Shown here piece after piece: positions 1-9,832 of a DNA stretch of 64,000 bases. A program made the translations under genes and the position numbers. The notes under the pieces are model-generated. The model searched no databases. It was not told the DNA's origin and saw nothing but the letters and a program-made list of their open reading frames with translations. Numbering within the stretch: the stretch's first letter is position 1; each line of letters starts with the position of its first letter. Location of the stretch: NCBI GenBank assembly GCA_025823825.1, contig GCA_025823825.1_4720.1; one strand, written 5' to 3'. The stretch is from a phage.

Positions 1-13
1 GCATATTAACCTC

Positions 14-50
14 CCTTCCTTCCCCGGCCTTGACGGCTAGGGAAGGAAGG
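14..50. repeat. copy of the CCTTCC…GGAAGG hairpin element (terminator-like)
   Basis: CCTTCCTTCC-ccggccttgacggctag-GGAAGGAAGG; core ccttccccggccttgacggctagggaagg identical to 49892-49920. Confidence 0.6.
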
Positions 51-62
51 TTTATGGTTTAT

Positions 63-602
63 TTACTGTGTGTTCTTAGCTTCACGAATGAAAATAACAT
101 CAGGATATTCTTGGGATTCAATGAATTCAGGATTACGATAACGACGAATATGACGCATCGTTGTACAAGCAAGTTTGTAAAGATGTTCCTCCTCACGTTG
201 TGTTAATAACATCAGTTGCGCGTCTGGAATCACGAATGGGAGTCTTTCATTCACGTATTCCCGAAGGTCGTCGAGATCATCGTGATGAATGCCCTCTGAG
301 AGCTTATATAACGCTTCCAGCAATTCTAATCCACCGAACTGGTAACTTCCTATTGTCGTCTTAAACAATGCGCCAGAACGCGTGGCGGATGCTCTATCGG
401 CGACATCGTATTGTTCTAACATATATCCGTAGACCATGCTACGTCGATCCAGCGTATCCGTAACGAGATTACGCCACCGTTCCAATCTTTCGAGCGCCTT
501 GTCGATAGAGTAAACGATCATGCCATGTTCATCCAACTCTTCCGCAATACCCAATAGTTCATTGTTGTTAGGTTTTGCTGCACCGATAAGAAAAACACTC
601 AT
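63..602 (-). CDS. hypothetical protein (179 aa)
   Basis: Long ORF in a tightly packed minus-strand gene array; stop/start coupled with the next ORF at 602. No recognisable motif. Confidence 0.5.
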   Translation of the reverse strand: MSVFLIGAAKPNNNELLGIAEELDEHGMIVYSIDKALERLERWRNLVTDTLDRRSMVYGYMLEQYDVADRASATRSGALFKTTIGSYQFGGLELLEALYKLSEGIHHDDLDDLREYVNERLPFVIPDAQLMLLTQREEEHLYKLACTTMRHIRRYRNPEFIESQEYPDVIFIREAKNTQ

Positions 603-1015
603 TACTCAAACTCCTTATTCCAAAACTCGATTAATGAATCGAGCTGTTCCTTACTGGTTATCTCACCTCCCCTAACAAAATGAAATCGTTCTTGAATGGC
701 GATCTTTTCAAGGATATCGGTAAGCAAATGACGGTGACAGAAATTTCCTGCAGGACAATAACACCCTAACACCACAACCGGATGGGAGAATAAAGCCAAC
801 CATTCCGGCGTATGATCAACAAAGCTTTTGCGCATAAGCGTGTAATAGCCTGCGGTATATTCATCCTCGGTTAACGTTTTTGATTTGATTCCTGTAACAA
901 GTTCCCATGAAGGTGCGAAGAGTGGGTTACCTGTTTTCACCGTCGTGTCCAGTAGAAACGCTCGTGTGTCTGAAAGCCAACGATATTTGGCTAATTGAAG
1001 GGTGTATAAAAACAC
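602..1015 (-). CDS. hypothetical protein (137 aa)
   Basis: ORF in the same co-directional array; no recognisable motif. Confidence 0.45.
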   Translation of the reverse strand: MFLYTLQLAKYRWLSDTRAFLLDTTVKTGNPLFAPSWELVTGIKSKTLTEDEYTAGYYTLMRKSFVDHTPEWLALFSHPVVVLGCYCPAGNFCHRHLLTDILEKIAIQERFHFVRGGEITSKEQLDSLIEFWNKEFE

Positions 1016-1118
1016 AGCGCTAACCCCAAAGGATAAAAATAAAACCTTGACATAACCACCACCGCAACCCCATACAGGGCTACGGTGGGGTCATACAGAG
1101 AGACGTGTTAAGTTACAA

Positions 1119-1598
1119 TCAGTCTTTCAGCAGCTCAGCTGCATACGCACTGATGTTGTCGCGAATATGCTTAACCTGAGTTGTTGGGAAAGATTTCTTA
1201 TACGCGGTGGTCAGGCGTCCGTAAACCTGTTTCTTCTCGTTAGAGCCGAAACCAACTTCAGCGCTACGTTGAACCGTTGCGGACACAACGTCTTTGCCTA
1301 GCGGCAGGGTTACAGAAACAACGTCAACCTGCTTGTTATCCGCCATGAACTGCGCGCCAACGCGACCTACCGCCAGACCATGAGCCAGACCGATATCGGT
1401 GGTCAGTTTCTGTGCTTTTTCCAGGATTTCTTTTTCTTCCGGCGTTACCAGAGTACCCAGGAAATCACTGCCTAACTTCTGGCTACCAGATTCGTCCAGT
1501 TTAATACCAGCGGCGATTTTATCAGAAAGAGCCTGAACTTCCGGACGTACGTTAGAAGTGGTTTCAGTCGCTACGGTGGTTTCTACAGCTTCAGACAT
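1119..1598 (-). CDS. hypothetical protein (159 aa), probably highly expressed
   Basis: Strongly biased codon use (ctg, cgt, ggt, gaa); promoter-like motif CTATATTAC upstream at 1722-1730 on the minus strand. Confidence 0.6.
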   Translation of the reverse strand: MSEAVETTVATETTSNVRPEVQALSDKIAAGIKLDESGSQKLGSDFLGTLVTPEEKEILEKAQKLTTDIGLAHGLAVGRVGAQFMADNKQVDVVSVTLPLGKDVVSATVQRSAEVGFGSNEKKQVYGRLTTAYKKSFPTTQVKHIRDNISAYAAELLKD

Positions 1599-1733
1599 GT
1601 TAATACTCCAATTAGTTTTTTCGATCGATCAAAAGGATAAAATCAGAAGATTCTTTCTTCATAGGGAAAACACAAGTCGGTTAAGGTTTACTTCTTAAAC
1701 TCCTTGCGTTCTATCAGTTAGGTAATATAGACC

Positions 1734-2534
1734 TCAACTTTTTTCCAATAATGCTGCAACGTTCCGCGCGAAACGAATTACCTTGTAATTGCGGGTCTGT
1801 TTGATATCTTCTTCCCCATCATTGTCACCTTCAGACGGATCTTCCCACATGAAGTCTTGTTCGTCCGCTTTCTGTAAGTAGCGGTATAACTGCACCATGC
1901 TGCGTGCAGTCGGAGAGATAGCGCGAAGCTCATCCAATTCTTCATCCGTGAGCAGAACATGCGGTGAACGCAGTGGTTCCATTGTTGTATTACACAACAG
2001 ACGAATCAGCAGATCGACGCACGGAATAACCGAACCTGGTGAGGCGATTTCTGGGTGTAATGTATAACCCCAATATACGGTGTTAAAATACGTCAAAACA
2101 GCAGGTAGTGACGGATGTTCCATCGCACGACCAATTTGCTGTCTTACGATAGATGCACGATCGTTCAATACATCGAAAGTAATCTGCTGCGGTTCCATAA
2201 CCGCAAGTGAAATACCGTATGCGTCAGCCACACCCAGGATTTCATGAAGGACCGAACGTTCTTCTTCGGTGGATATTGTCCCGATTGCCTTACGCCCTGC
2301 AAGGTCAATCAGCATCGGTGAAACAGCTTCTTTAACCGCATTAAAAGAAGCCTGGTAAGCGTGTTTGTGAATATACAGTGTCCACGCTAATGCGCGCTCA
2401 GCCGCATGAAGCAGATCGACATAAGACAGTTCTTGATGGCATGGGCCATACACACTCACAGCAAGCTTGGTGGCTTTCTCAGAGGCTTGCATAATAACAT
2501 CTGGTGATTTAGGCATATCGCGTTCTTCTTGCAT
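1734..2534 (-). CDS. hypothetical protein (266 aa)
   Basis: Long ORF, no overlapping competitor; function not recognisable. Confidence 0.55.
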   Translation of the reverse strand: MQEERDMPKSPDVIMQASEKATKLAVSVYGPCHQELSYVDLLHAAERALAWTLYIHKHAYQASFNAVKEAVSPMLIDLAGRKAIGTISTEEERSVLHEILGVADAYGISLAVMEPQQITFDVLNDRASIVRQQIGRAMEHPSLPAVLTYFNTVYWGYTLHPEIASPGSVIPCVDLLIRLLCNTTMEPLRSPHVLLTDEELDELRAISPTARSMVQLYRYLQKADEQDFMWEDPSEGDNDGEEDIKQTRNYKVIRFARNVAALLEKS

Positions 2535-2816
2535 CTTTTAAATTCCTACTTAACAATAAAGTTCATATACGGCGTATGTATCCGTAGAATAATGGGTTCT
2601 GGTAAGATCTTACATTAAAATGACGGCATAAAAAGTACCCCCTTACCCACATGGGTAAGGAGGTTCGTCCATCACGACGAAAGGACGTTATGTGACGCGG
2701 TGTCCATAACGGCCCTGGTAGCAGGCATTAAAGATAACAAAAAGGATGTAAGTTGAGCTAAACCACCTAAATACGGTAACGATTACTTCCGTACACAATA
2801 TAACGCAACATCTTTT

Positions 2817-3626
2817 TTACCAATGATTAAAGCTGCCCGCTTTAACGACGTCACAGCGCAGATGGTTACGTAACTGATCCAGGAAGACAACCGGACTGTC
2901 ACCAGACAACATAGCCAGCGCGTGTTGGCCACCGGAACGAACAACAAGCTCATCAACCATTGGTGCTGTAATCGGGAGATCATACGCATCCATGATTGCC
3001 TTGGCTTCCTGTTCTACGTCTTTCTGGAACCCTTCCATCGTCGGAGAGTCATATTTGGTTGCAAACTCGATCCCAGGCAAGTTAACGTAATCGTAAGTCA
3101 TGACACGGGTCATAACACGACGGCGCTCACGTTGCCAGATCTGAGGATCGGTTAACGCGCGAACCGAAAAACACACGTTCACCAACGGCGTTTCAAAATC
3201 TTTACGTAATGGATCACCGTACGGCCCGCAAGGAATAACATCCCCCATCACCATCACGACAGGACGACCACGACGATCGCGTCCCGCTTCTTCTAACCAA
3301 ATCTTAGAAAAGCAATGGCTTACCTTCGTTTCTTCGATTCGTAACGCTCGCTGCAAAAAGCTGGTTGCATCCTGACCGATCTCTGGTTTAGGGTGACCGT
3401 ATTCACCTTTCAACGAACGATTGCGTGCGTTTGTTTGCAGTAAGCTGTTTTCCAGAAACAGCGGTTTCGAACGCTCAAGTTCGTAATATTCTTCGGTATT
3501 GTTAAAACAGTTAAATCCGCCGATAACACAGGTGTAGGCACCGTCAGCATTAGGACGGATAATACCTTTCTTATTCACACCAAGATAACTGGTGCAAACA
3601 AGATTACTAATTGGTGGTTGCATCAT
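2817..3626 (-). CDS. hypothetical protein (269 aa)
   Basis: Long ORF; no confident motif. Confidence 0.55.
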   Translation of the reverse strand: MMQPPISNLVCTSYLGVNKKGIIRPNADGAYTCVIGGFNCFNNTEEYYELERSKPLFLENSLLQTNARNRSLKGEYGHPKPEIGQDATSFLQRALRIEETKVSHCFSKIWLEEAGRDRRGRPVVMVMGDVIPCGPYGDPLRKDFETPLVNVCFSVRALTDPQIWQRERRRVMTRVMTYDYVNLPGIEFATKYDSPTMEGFQKDVEQEAKAIMDAYDLPITAPMVDELVVRSGGQHALAMLSGDSPVVFLDQLRNHLRCDVVKAGSFNHW

Positions 3627-3704
3627 AACCCCTTTATAAGCAACTGAATGAAAAAAGCGTTACATTCCCGCTTTTACGTCAGAAGGTGACGCGTAAGCGT
3701 TATA

Positions 3705-4436
3705 TCACCATTCATACGATCCGGCGCACTGATGCCCCAATAGTACCAACGCGTCGTCTTTGGCAGCTAGGTATTTCTCTAACGTTATCCGTGAAACAGA
3801 CACATTAGAGAAATCCATCACACCTAAGCGATGATCGTAATGGTTAATTTGCATCCGGTAATAACCTTTCTTTACCACCAGAAACTCACCTTGACGCAAC
3901 CATAGCGGAACGTTATCAACCTCCGCATGGATATAAAACACCGGACATTCTGTCGTAACGGAGTTTTCCTTCCCATCACTATCTGTAATTTTCCCTTTGG
4001 GAACAGCCGCGATAAAACATTCTCCGATACGCTCGGTTTGGTACCCGTTCGGATAGCGCGGATCGTGAAATAACCAATGCTCATCGCTAATATCAACATC
4101 GGATAATAACGTACGATGTGGACGTAAGGCGATATCAAACGGAACACGATAGATAACGTACCCGCCTAACCAATGGGCTAAGTGACCGCCAGAAAAATAC
4201 TGCTTGATTGCGGTACTGTAGCCGTATATACAACCCATCAAACTGCTGGACACACAGATCCTTGGAAACGACCCGTCTTCCATACGCAAGGTACGTTGAG
4301 GGATACGTGGCATCATCGTTTTCAGTTCGGTATCGGTGCTAATATGCAATAAACCGAAAGGAAGCGTTTTGCTCGGCACCCACGCACAACGTTCCATAAT
4401 CGCTCTTGGGACAATAGTCTCGATAGACGATAACAT
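3705..4436 (-). CDS. hypothetical protein (243 aa)
   Basis: Long ORF in array; function unknown. Confidence 0.5.
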   Translation of the reverse strand: MLSSIETIVPRAIMERCAWVPSKTLPFGLLHISTDTELKTMMPRIPQRTLRMEDGSFPRICVSSSLMGCIYGYSTAIKQYFSGGHLAHWLGGYVIYRVPFDIALRPHRTLLSDVDISDEHWLFHDPRYPNGYQTERIGECFIAAVPKGKITDSDGKENSVTTECPVFYIHAEVDNVPLWLRQGEFLVVKKGYYRMQINHYDHRLGVMDFSNVSVSRITLEKYLAAKDDALVLLGHQCAGSYEW

Positions 4437-4437
4437 A

Positions 4438-5148
4438 TCACCCCCTCAGAATCGCTTCTGTTTCGCTGATCGTATCCGCAGGATAAACCAAACTACTATC
4501 GATTGCGTTATTCACGTAACCACCCATTAAGTTGGTGATGGTGTTTGTACCACTATCGATAATGTTTCGTAATCCGATATCGATGGCTTTTAACGTGCTG
4601 CGTTCCTCATCCGAAAGCAAACGCCATGCTCGACGACGATCGTTGGGGTCACGTGTGGTGATAGAAGCCAGAACAGAATAGATGCTGCTATCCGCATTCA
4701 GTTTAACGCCTGCCAATTTCGCTGACGTGTAGAGCAGCTGATATTTTTCTTTCTCAGTGTACCACCATGGCACTTTACCGAGCGTATAGATCTCGTTATA
4801 CATCAGCCATGGGAAAGAGTTTCGCATCACGACATCGGTTGACACCAACACCGTGTCACCGGGAAGAAACACAAACTCATAAAACGGCTGGCCATCCATG
4901 GTAATTTCACGGATGTCAGACGGGTCGATATGGAGCTGGGTCAATGCGTGGCTGACACCATACTGACCATCGGGAAGAATAATCGGGCAGCACGCACAAA
5001 CCCGGTTCTCACTCCCGATGATAGATAAACCCAATCCCTCGTAACGGACGGGTGTCAGAATCGAACACCCGCCACGAGTAACAACAGATTTATCTTCTTG
5101 TATGTCCCAGTCCGCAAGCACCGCAGCACCGTTGCGGACAAGCGCCAT
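4438..5148 (-). CDS. hypothetical protein (236 aa)
   Basis: Long ORF, immediately adjacent to neighbours (operon-like spacing). Confidence 0.5.
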   Translation of the reverse strand: MALVRNGAAVLADWDIQEDKSVVTRGGCSILTPVRYEGLGLSIIGSENRVCACCPIILPDGQYGVSHALTQLHIDPSDIREITMDGQPFYEFVFLPGDTVLVSTDVVMRNSFPWLMYNEIYTLGKVPWWYTEKEKYQLLYTSAKLAGVKLNADSSIYSVLASITTRDPNDRRRAWRLLSDEERSTLKAIDIGLRNIIDSGTNTITNLMGGYVNNAIDSSLVYPADTISETEAILRG

Positions 5149-6672
5149 TTACACCTCGCTAATCTGGATAACGTAAAGCTGCTGGGCCACGTAATCGGTG
5201 GTCAGATGCATCGTTGCGATGGTCGCTGCTTCGAACACCGTGAGTTCAGGACGTTCACGCATAATCAAATCGATCTCATCGATGAGACGGTTAACGCCTT
5301 GAGCGTCTTCGTGATGCATGGTTTTCACGTACAGCGTACGGAAATACTGCTGGAAGTTAGCTACGTCGGTATCGGTAAGGGCAGCAACTTCACCACGTAC
5401 GATTTCCATAACCTTCTTACGGGTATCTTCATCAAGGTCCACTGTAATCAGATCGGCGAACACACCCTGCAGCGCCAGCGCGTATGCACGTAAGCGGTTT
5501 GCGGCTTGCTGGCTGGCTTTCATGTTGATGTAGTTACGGTAATGCTGCATGAAGCCTGCACCGTTAGCCAGCAGCTCATCTTTACTGATGAGTTCACGCT
5601 CTAACAGGACAGCTGCGGTTAGTGCTTCCGGTGAACCGCCTTCTTGCAGATAACCCATGTAGACATCTGCGTTAACGAAAATCGTCATCGTTGACGCATC
5701 TTCAGCACGTTGAATCTGTGAAGCTGACGGTGCAGAAAGAATCAGTTCACCACGCTCCATACGCAGAATACGATCACGACCGACGCGTGCCATCCCGTTG
5801 ATCGCCGCAGCGCGAGCTTGTTGCATTTTAGCGCGGTAGTTTTCAAGCATCATGTCGTTGCCGTCCTGGATATCTTCCAGCAGGTTAACGGCCCACATAT
5901 AGCAGAGGAACGCGGGAGTTGCCGCAGCGCGGGAACCGTGGAACGCAACGTTATCGCTATCCGGATATGTAATCAGATAAGCGGTGTTGTTCGAAGAAGG
6001 AGCGGAGCCACGGAAGAAATAGTTGTAGATGTCTTCCAGTGCCTGATCGCTCATCCCTTCCGTTGCTTGCTGTACAAAACGATCCAGGTTTTCATTACCG
6101 GTATACAGCAACGTACGCAGCTTGTCACCAGTGATAAACGCAAGCTTTTCGGTTGGGGTGAAATCGTTATTAATCGAAATCAAGCCGTTGAGATCATAAT
6201 CGCTAACTAATGCCTGATACTCTTCGGAGTTATAAAACTCAGGATAGTAACTCAGACTTACTGTCGGGATCAGTTTCGGTGCCAGGATGATCGAATCGAT
6301 ACGTTTTTCCAGTTCCGGGTACAGCGCACGGCATTTCGGCAGGATGGTATTACGCGCCAACTCTTTGGCATACACCACTTTTTCCACCACGTCTTGAACT
6401 GCAGTCTGTAAAACTTCATCGTGGATATAAACCTCGCGTTCGCTGGCAGGTGCTACAGCGCCATCTTCGGTTTCATCAAGTGTTTCAGCAACAACCATAC
6501 GTTCAGCACTAAGCTGTACCAACGCATCCGCGTCTTCCGGTGGCTGGTTCCAATGCATGGTTTCACAAACCGCGGCTAACGGGGTACCTGGAATCGCAGC
6601 GACGATTTGGTTACGTTTGATAAACCCTTCGACAATAGGCTCAACAGCATAAACGGTTTTATTGGTGATCAT
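5149..6672 (-). CDS. hypothetical protein (507 aa)
   Basis: Long uninterrupted ORF; no catalytic motif recognised. Confidence 0.6.
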   Translation of the reverse strand: MITNKTVYAVEPIVEGFIKRNQIVAAIPGTPLAAVCETMHWNQPPEDADALVQLSAERMVVAETLDETEDGAVAPASEREVYIHDEVLQTAVQDVVEKVVYAKELARNTILPKCRALYPELEKRIDSIILAPKLIPTVSLSYYPEFYNSEEYQALVSDYDLNGLISINNDFTPTEKLAFITGDKLRTLLYTGNENLDRFVQQATEGMSDQALEDIYNYFFRGSAPSSNNTAYLITYPDSDNVAFHGSRAAATPAFLCYMWAVNLLEDIQDGNDMMLENYRAKMQQARAAAINGMARVGRDRILRMERGELILSAPSASQIQRAEDASTMTIFVNADVYMGYLQEGGSPEALTAAVLLERELISKDELLANGAGFMQHYRNYINMKASQQAANRLRAYALALQGVFADLITVDLDEDTRKKVMEIVRGEVAALTDTDVANFQQYFRTLYVKTMHHEDAQGVNRLIDEIDLIMRERPELTVFEAATIATMHLTTDYVAQQLYVIQISEV

Positions 6673-6905
6673 TACTGCGCTCCCTCCAACGCATTACTAC
6701 CTACGGGTTCTTTGGTTTCCAGACGGCTGTTTAAGCGCGCAGCAACCGCATCTTCCAATCCCAACGGCATAACCTTTTTGTTCACGTCAGGATCGGCGGC
6801 ATCATTACCAACGGTTTGCCGTACGACCTCAGCAACCAACGTTACCGCGTTCGTCAGCGCAACAAAGCTCGCTGCCCGAGCCGTGTTAAGTTGTTCTTGG
6901 TTCAT
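6672..6905 (-). CDS. small hypothetical protein (77 aa)
   Basis: Short ORF start/stop-coupled to the 507-aa ORF; weak support. Confidence 0.35.
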   Translation of the reverse strand: MNQEQLNTARAASFVALTNAVTLVAEVVRQTVGNDAADPDVNKKVMPLGLEDAVAARLNSRLETKEPVGSNALEGAQ

Positions 6906-6981
6906 TCACTTTTCCTTTTTAATGTCAGAGCATCGCATTCTTGACGTACGTCAAGAAGGTACTGCGTTCAGCGAAATAAAC

Positions 6982-7007
6982 GAGCAGGGGCATGAAGCCC
7001 CCTGCTC
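6982..7007 (-). terminator. intrinsic terminator-like hairpin after the beta-like gene
   Basis: GAGCAGGGGGC-atgaa-GCCCCCTGCTC stem-loop directly 3' of the stop at 7008, followed on the minus strand by a T-rich stretch (tcgtttatttcg). Confidence 0.6.
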
Positions 7008-8135
7008 TTATTTGGCGTCGTTAAAATAAATATCAACAGCTCGTTCCGTTGCGTAGAGGAGACCAAGATTCACAGTCCCAACCACTTCCGGTGAACCGAT
7101 GATACGGTTAGCGATACTGGTGCCACTGAAGATAGCATCAAGGGTGTGCCCGTCTTCGGTTTTGTTCACACCATGACCCACGGAAGAGACAACGGATTTC
7201 GCTTGTGCTGCGAAGGTACCTTTATCACCCATCCCCGCACCAAGGTCGTAACGCATGAAAATACGGATAGCGATCTGGTTCTCGCCTAACGGATTACCGT
7301 CTATTCTCACGTTACTGTTATTGATACGCCCCGTTGTTGCTTCGTTGAGTTTCAGTTCCTTAACGCGTTTAGCTCGCGCTTTATCCGCTTCACCGACGAG
7401 CGCCGCCATGGTTTCACTCATATCCTCAATCTGAGCACGGTACAATACATCGATCTGTACAACTTCACCATGAACGTCAGCACGTGGGTTATACTGACTC
7501 ATACGACGTAATGCTTCAACGGCTTCCTGGCTCTCATCGCTCAGATCAGTTGCAATCGGTTCTTCCAGTGTTGCAAGAATCGTTCGAGGTTCAACATGAT
7601 CACCGATTTTCACGAGACCACGAATGTTGAGATGAGCGTCAACAATGAGTGTACGACTTTTAATCGATGGTGTTACGAGGCGATCAGCAAGATTGTCGAA
7701 GATATACGAGCTATCCTCGTGCGTCTCTGGAATATCCAGAATACCAACAAGAGACAGAACACCTGCACGCCAAACAACCTGACCTGGGTTCCACCAATCG
7801 CGTTTAAAATAAAGACGATGGAAAACCACCACATCCTGATCCTTAACGCGATCCCCGACTTTATAATCGGTAATGAGATCGTGAGGATAATACTTACCTG
7901 GTCCTTTCCCGATTATCGTACCGAGCTGGAAAACCTCTTCCCCTAACTCTGGATCGTCGTATTGTATCGTAAGCGCAGTTTTGGTGACCTTCTTAACAAC
8001 ACCATCGCCTTGGGCAGCTGCTGCGAAGAGTTTACCAACACGATGCGCGATGACAGTCTCGCCACCAGTACGCCACGGTTGTACATCGTAACCTTCAGCA
8101 GCAATCATGCGGTTGTGCTGTATACCTATAAATAC
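7008..8135 (-). CDS. multisubunit RNA polymerase beta-like subunit, 3' exon
   Basis: Translation aligns by eye to bacterial beta: VFIGIQHNRMIAAEGYDV ~ VVTDEIHYLSAIEEGNYV; ETHEDSSYIF ~ GYNFEDSILV; IRIFMRYDLGAGMGDKGTFAAQAKSVVSSV ~ [30 protein letters not shown]. Frame is open upstream of the annotated TTG back to a stop at about 8153-8155; joins to the exon ending at 9833. Confidence 0.75.
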   Translation of the reverse strand, partial: VFIGIQHNRMIAAEGYDVQPWRTGGETVIAHRVGKLFAAAAQGDGVVKKVTKTALTIQYDDPELGEEVFQLGTIIGKGPGKYYPHDLITDYKVGDRVKDQDVVVFHRLYFKRDWWNPGQVVWRAGVLSLVGILDIPETHEDSSYIFDNLADRLVTPSIKSRTLIVDAHLNIRGLVKIGDHVEPRTILATLEEPIATDLSDESQEAVEALRRMSQYNPRADVHGEVVQIDVLYRAQIEDMSETMAALVGEADKARAKRVKELKLNEATTGRINNSNVRIDGNPLGENQIAIRIFMRYDLGAGMGDKGTFAAQAKSVVSSVGHGVNKTEDGHTLDAIFSGTSIANRIIGSPEVVGTVNLGLLYATERAVDIYFNDAK

Positions 8136-8481
8136 CAATCTCTTGGGCGAATTTAGTTCTTATTCAACATAATCATACTATTACCAGAATAAGACTGAGA
8201 TTAGATTGTTCAGATAAGGTCGTTAATCTTATCCCGGAGGCGACGATAGGCACATCACCTCCCGCTTACGTTCTCACGCAAGAGCAGACTATATCACATC
8301 TCGTCTTAGGCTTGTTTTCACAAGTCAAACGGTGCTTCTTCAGCACCTCAACGAGAGTTCACTTCTTCCCAGCGCATCCAGCGCCATTCTCTTATCCAAG
8401 GAGAATGCCTCACTCGAGGGGTACCGGGGGATGAATCCCTTAGTCGTTGAACCGTCACCCTAGAACGTTTCACAACGATCC

Positions 8482-9693
8482 TTAGGCGATTGGCTGCGGA
8501 TTACCCTTAGCCTGCGGACCACGAACTTTTAACGTGGTCAACTCTTCATTTTTAAAGCCCGCATCACGAGTTAATCGTCTCGCTTCTTGCACGTCTAACG
8601 TTTCCGTTTCCGCTTTGGCTGAAGGCAGCATTGGGCGTCCCCGCAATTCAATGAATCTCGTCCATACGTCACCGTATAAACGGACCCGCTCTTTGTAAAC
8701 AGAATAGTAAATATATCGCTTTCCATCAGGGAATTTCTTCATTCCTTCCGACTTCAAACGGTAATCTAACAATGTAGGACTGATCCCCATTTCTTTTGCG
8801 CATTCTACACCGGAGAGATACAACTTCGGTACGTCGTCTTCAGGAATAACCACAACGGCACGTTTGTTGTTTGTTTTCTCCAGTTCGATAATGCTATCAT
8901 CCACTTCACGCCATGGTGTTTGATCGGTTGCCCATTTCGCTTGGAGGAAACCATTAACGACCGGCTGATCTGGATCGTTAACATATTCCGATGCGGTGGG
9001 AAGCTTAACACCGATATGGTTGGCGAAATCCGTTAACGAATTAAAAATCTGGATTTCTTTCGTTAACGTGGATCTGGTAATAACACCTTTACTGGAGTCT
9101 TCAGATAGCGTAGCAATCTCGTATTCCGTCGGGATGTACCATGGGTCATCGCCGCGATATTTACGGTATTGCAACCTTTCGGTAAACGGACGTTCTTCAC
9201 CACGGTAAACACGATGATGAATGAAATCAATATTCACACCAAGTTTACGTGCTGCTTCCGTCATAGACGCATAATCCGTAACTTCTCCGGTATCGATATT
9301 GCGAACCTGAATGGGTTTGCCGTAAGCTTCGATGGCTTTTCGACGCATGGTCATGATGCGTGCGTGTTCGTTGTTCTCTTTTGCCGTCACCCATTCGAGA
9401 TTATCATTCTCCGTGTTACCGTCTGGATCAAGGTAATTATTAAGTTTATTACCGTCCTTATGGTTCACGTGGAGTTCGTATGCATCATCGATGTTACGAT
9501 ATGTCAACATCAATAAACGATGCATCGAACGATATGTGACAGTACCGTCGTGGCTACGAAACGCGTATCGCCAATACCCACCCATTATAACTGGCTTATA
9601 AATAAAACCAGTTTCTTTGTTACGCAATGTCCCATCAATGGCAATTTCAAGAAACGGGAATTCCTCTACTGTTTTGTACGTCAATTTTCTCAT
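8482..9693 (-). CDS. intron-encoded HNH homing endonuclease (403 aa)
   Basis: HNH_3-type motif HVNHKDGNKLNN…NLEWVTAKENNEHA; NUMOD-like DNA-binding motif TDYASMTEAARKLGVN; lies wholly inside the intron with its own promoter-like motif at 9739-9747. Confidence 0.8.
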   Translation of the reverse strand: MRKLTYKTVEEFPFLEIAIDGTLRNKETGFIYKPVIMGGYWRYAFRSHDGTVTYRSMHRLLMLTYRNIDDAYELHVNHKDGNKLNNYLDPDGNTENDNLEWVTAKENNEHARIMTMRRKAIEAYGKPIQVRNIDTGEVTDYASMTEAARKLGVNIDFIHHRVYRGEERPFTERLQYRKYRGDDPWYIPTEYEIATLSEDSSKGVITRSTLTKEIQIFNSLTDFANHIGVKLPTASEYVNDPDQPVVNGFLQAKWATDQTPWREVDDSIIELEKTNNKRAVVVIPEDDVPKLYLSGVECAKEMGISPTLLDYRLKSEGMKKFPDGKRYIYYSVYKERVRLYGDVWTRFIELRGRPMLPSAKAETETLDVQEARRLTRDAGFKNEELTTLKVRGPQAKGNPQPIA

Positions 9694-9738
9694 TGGCTAC
9701 ATTCCTTAAATCCTGCAGTGAACTTATCCTGCACTTTC

Positions 9739-9747
9739 GTAATATAG
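9739..9747 (-). promoter_or_regulatory. promoter-like motif CTATATTAC (minus strand) inside intron 1, upstream of the HNH ORF
   Basis: Same 9-mer and orientation as four other sites (1722, 28099, 41221, 53755), each upstream of a minus-strand gene start. Confidence 0.45.
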
Positions 9748-9832
9748 CCTTAATTCTGTTTACATTGAAGCCTTAATCATCTCTATCAGCAGCAGGTACT
9801 GCAAGTGCTGATGTACTCATTATTGACGAGCT

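Larger units (their letters stand above)
8136..9832 (-). mobile_element. group I intron (about 1.7 kb) inside the beta-like RNAP gene, carrying an HNH homing endonuclease ORF
   Basis: On the minus strand, in order: Q-like AATCCGCAGC (about 8490-8499), R-like GUUCAACGACUAAGGGAUU (about 8437-8455) and S-like GAUAUAGUCUG (about 8288-8299). 5' exon ends in U (…gac ggt), intron ends in G (…attg). Spliced product restores continuous beta homology (…PYDEKTDG|VFIGIQHNRM…). Confidence 0.75.

Noticed and set aside
2817-3626. Prohead protease assignment for the 269-aa ORF
   Set aside because: Suggested only by gene-neighbourhood analogy to phiKZ; no catalytic His/Ser motif could be identified confidently in the sequence.
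9773-9832. Last 20 codons of the 1069-aa ORF (…SSSIMSTSALAVPAADRDD)
   Set aside because: Beta-subunit homology stops at …KTDG and resumes in the downstream exon; this tail is read-through into the intron, not part of the mature protein.
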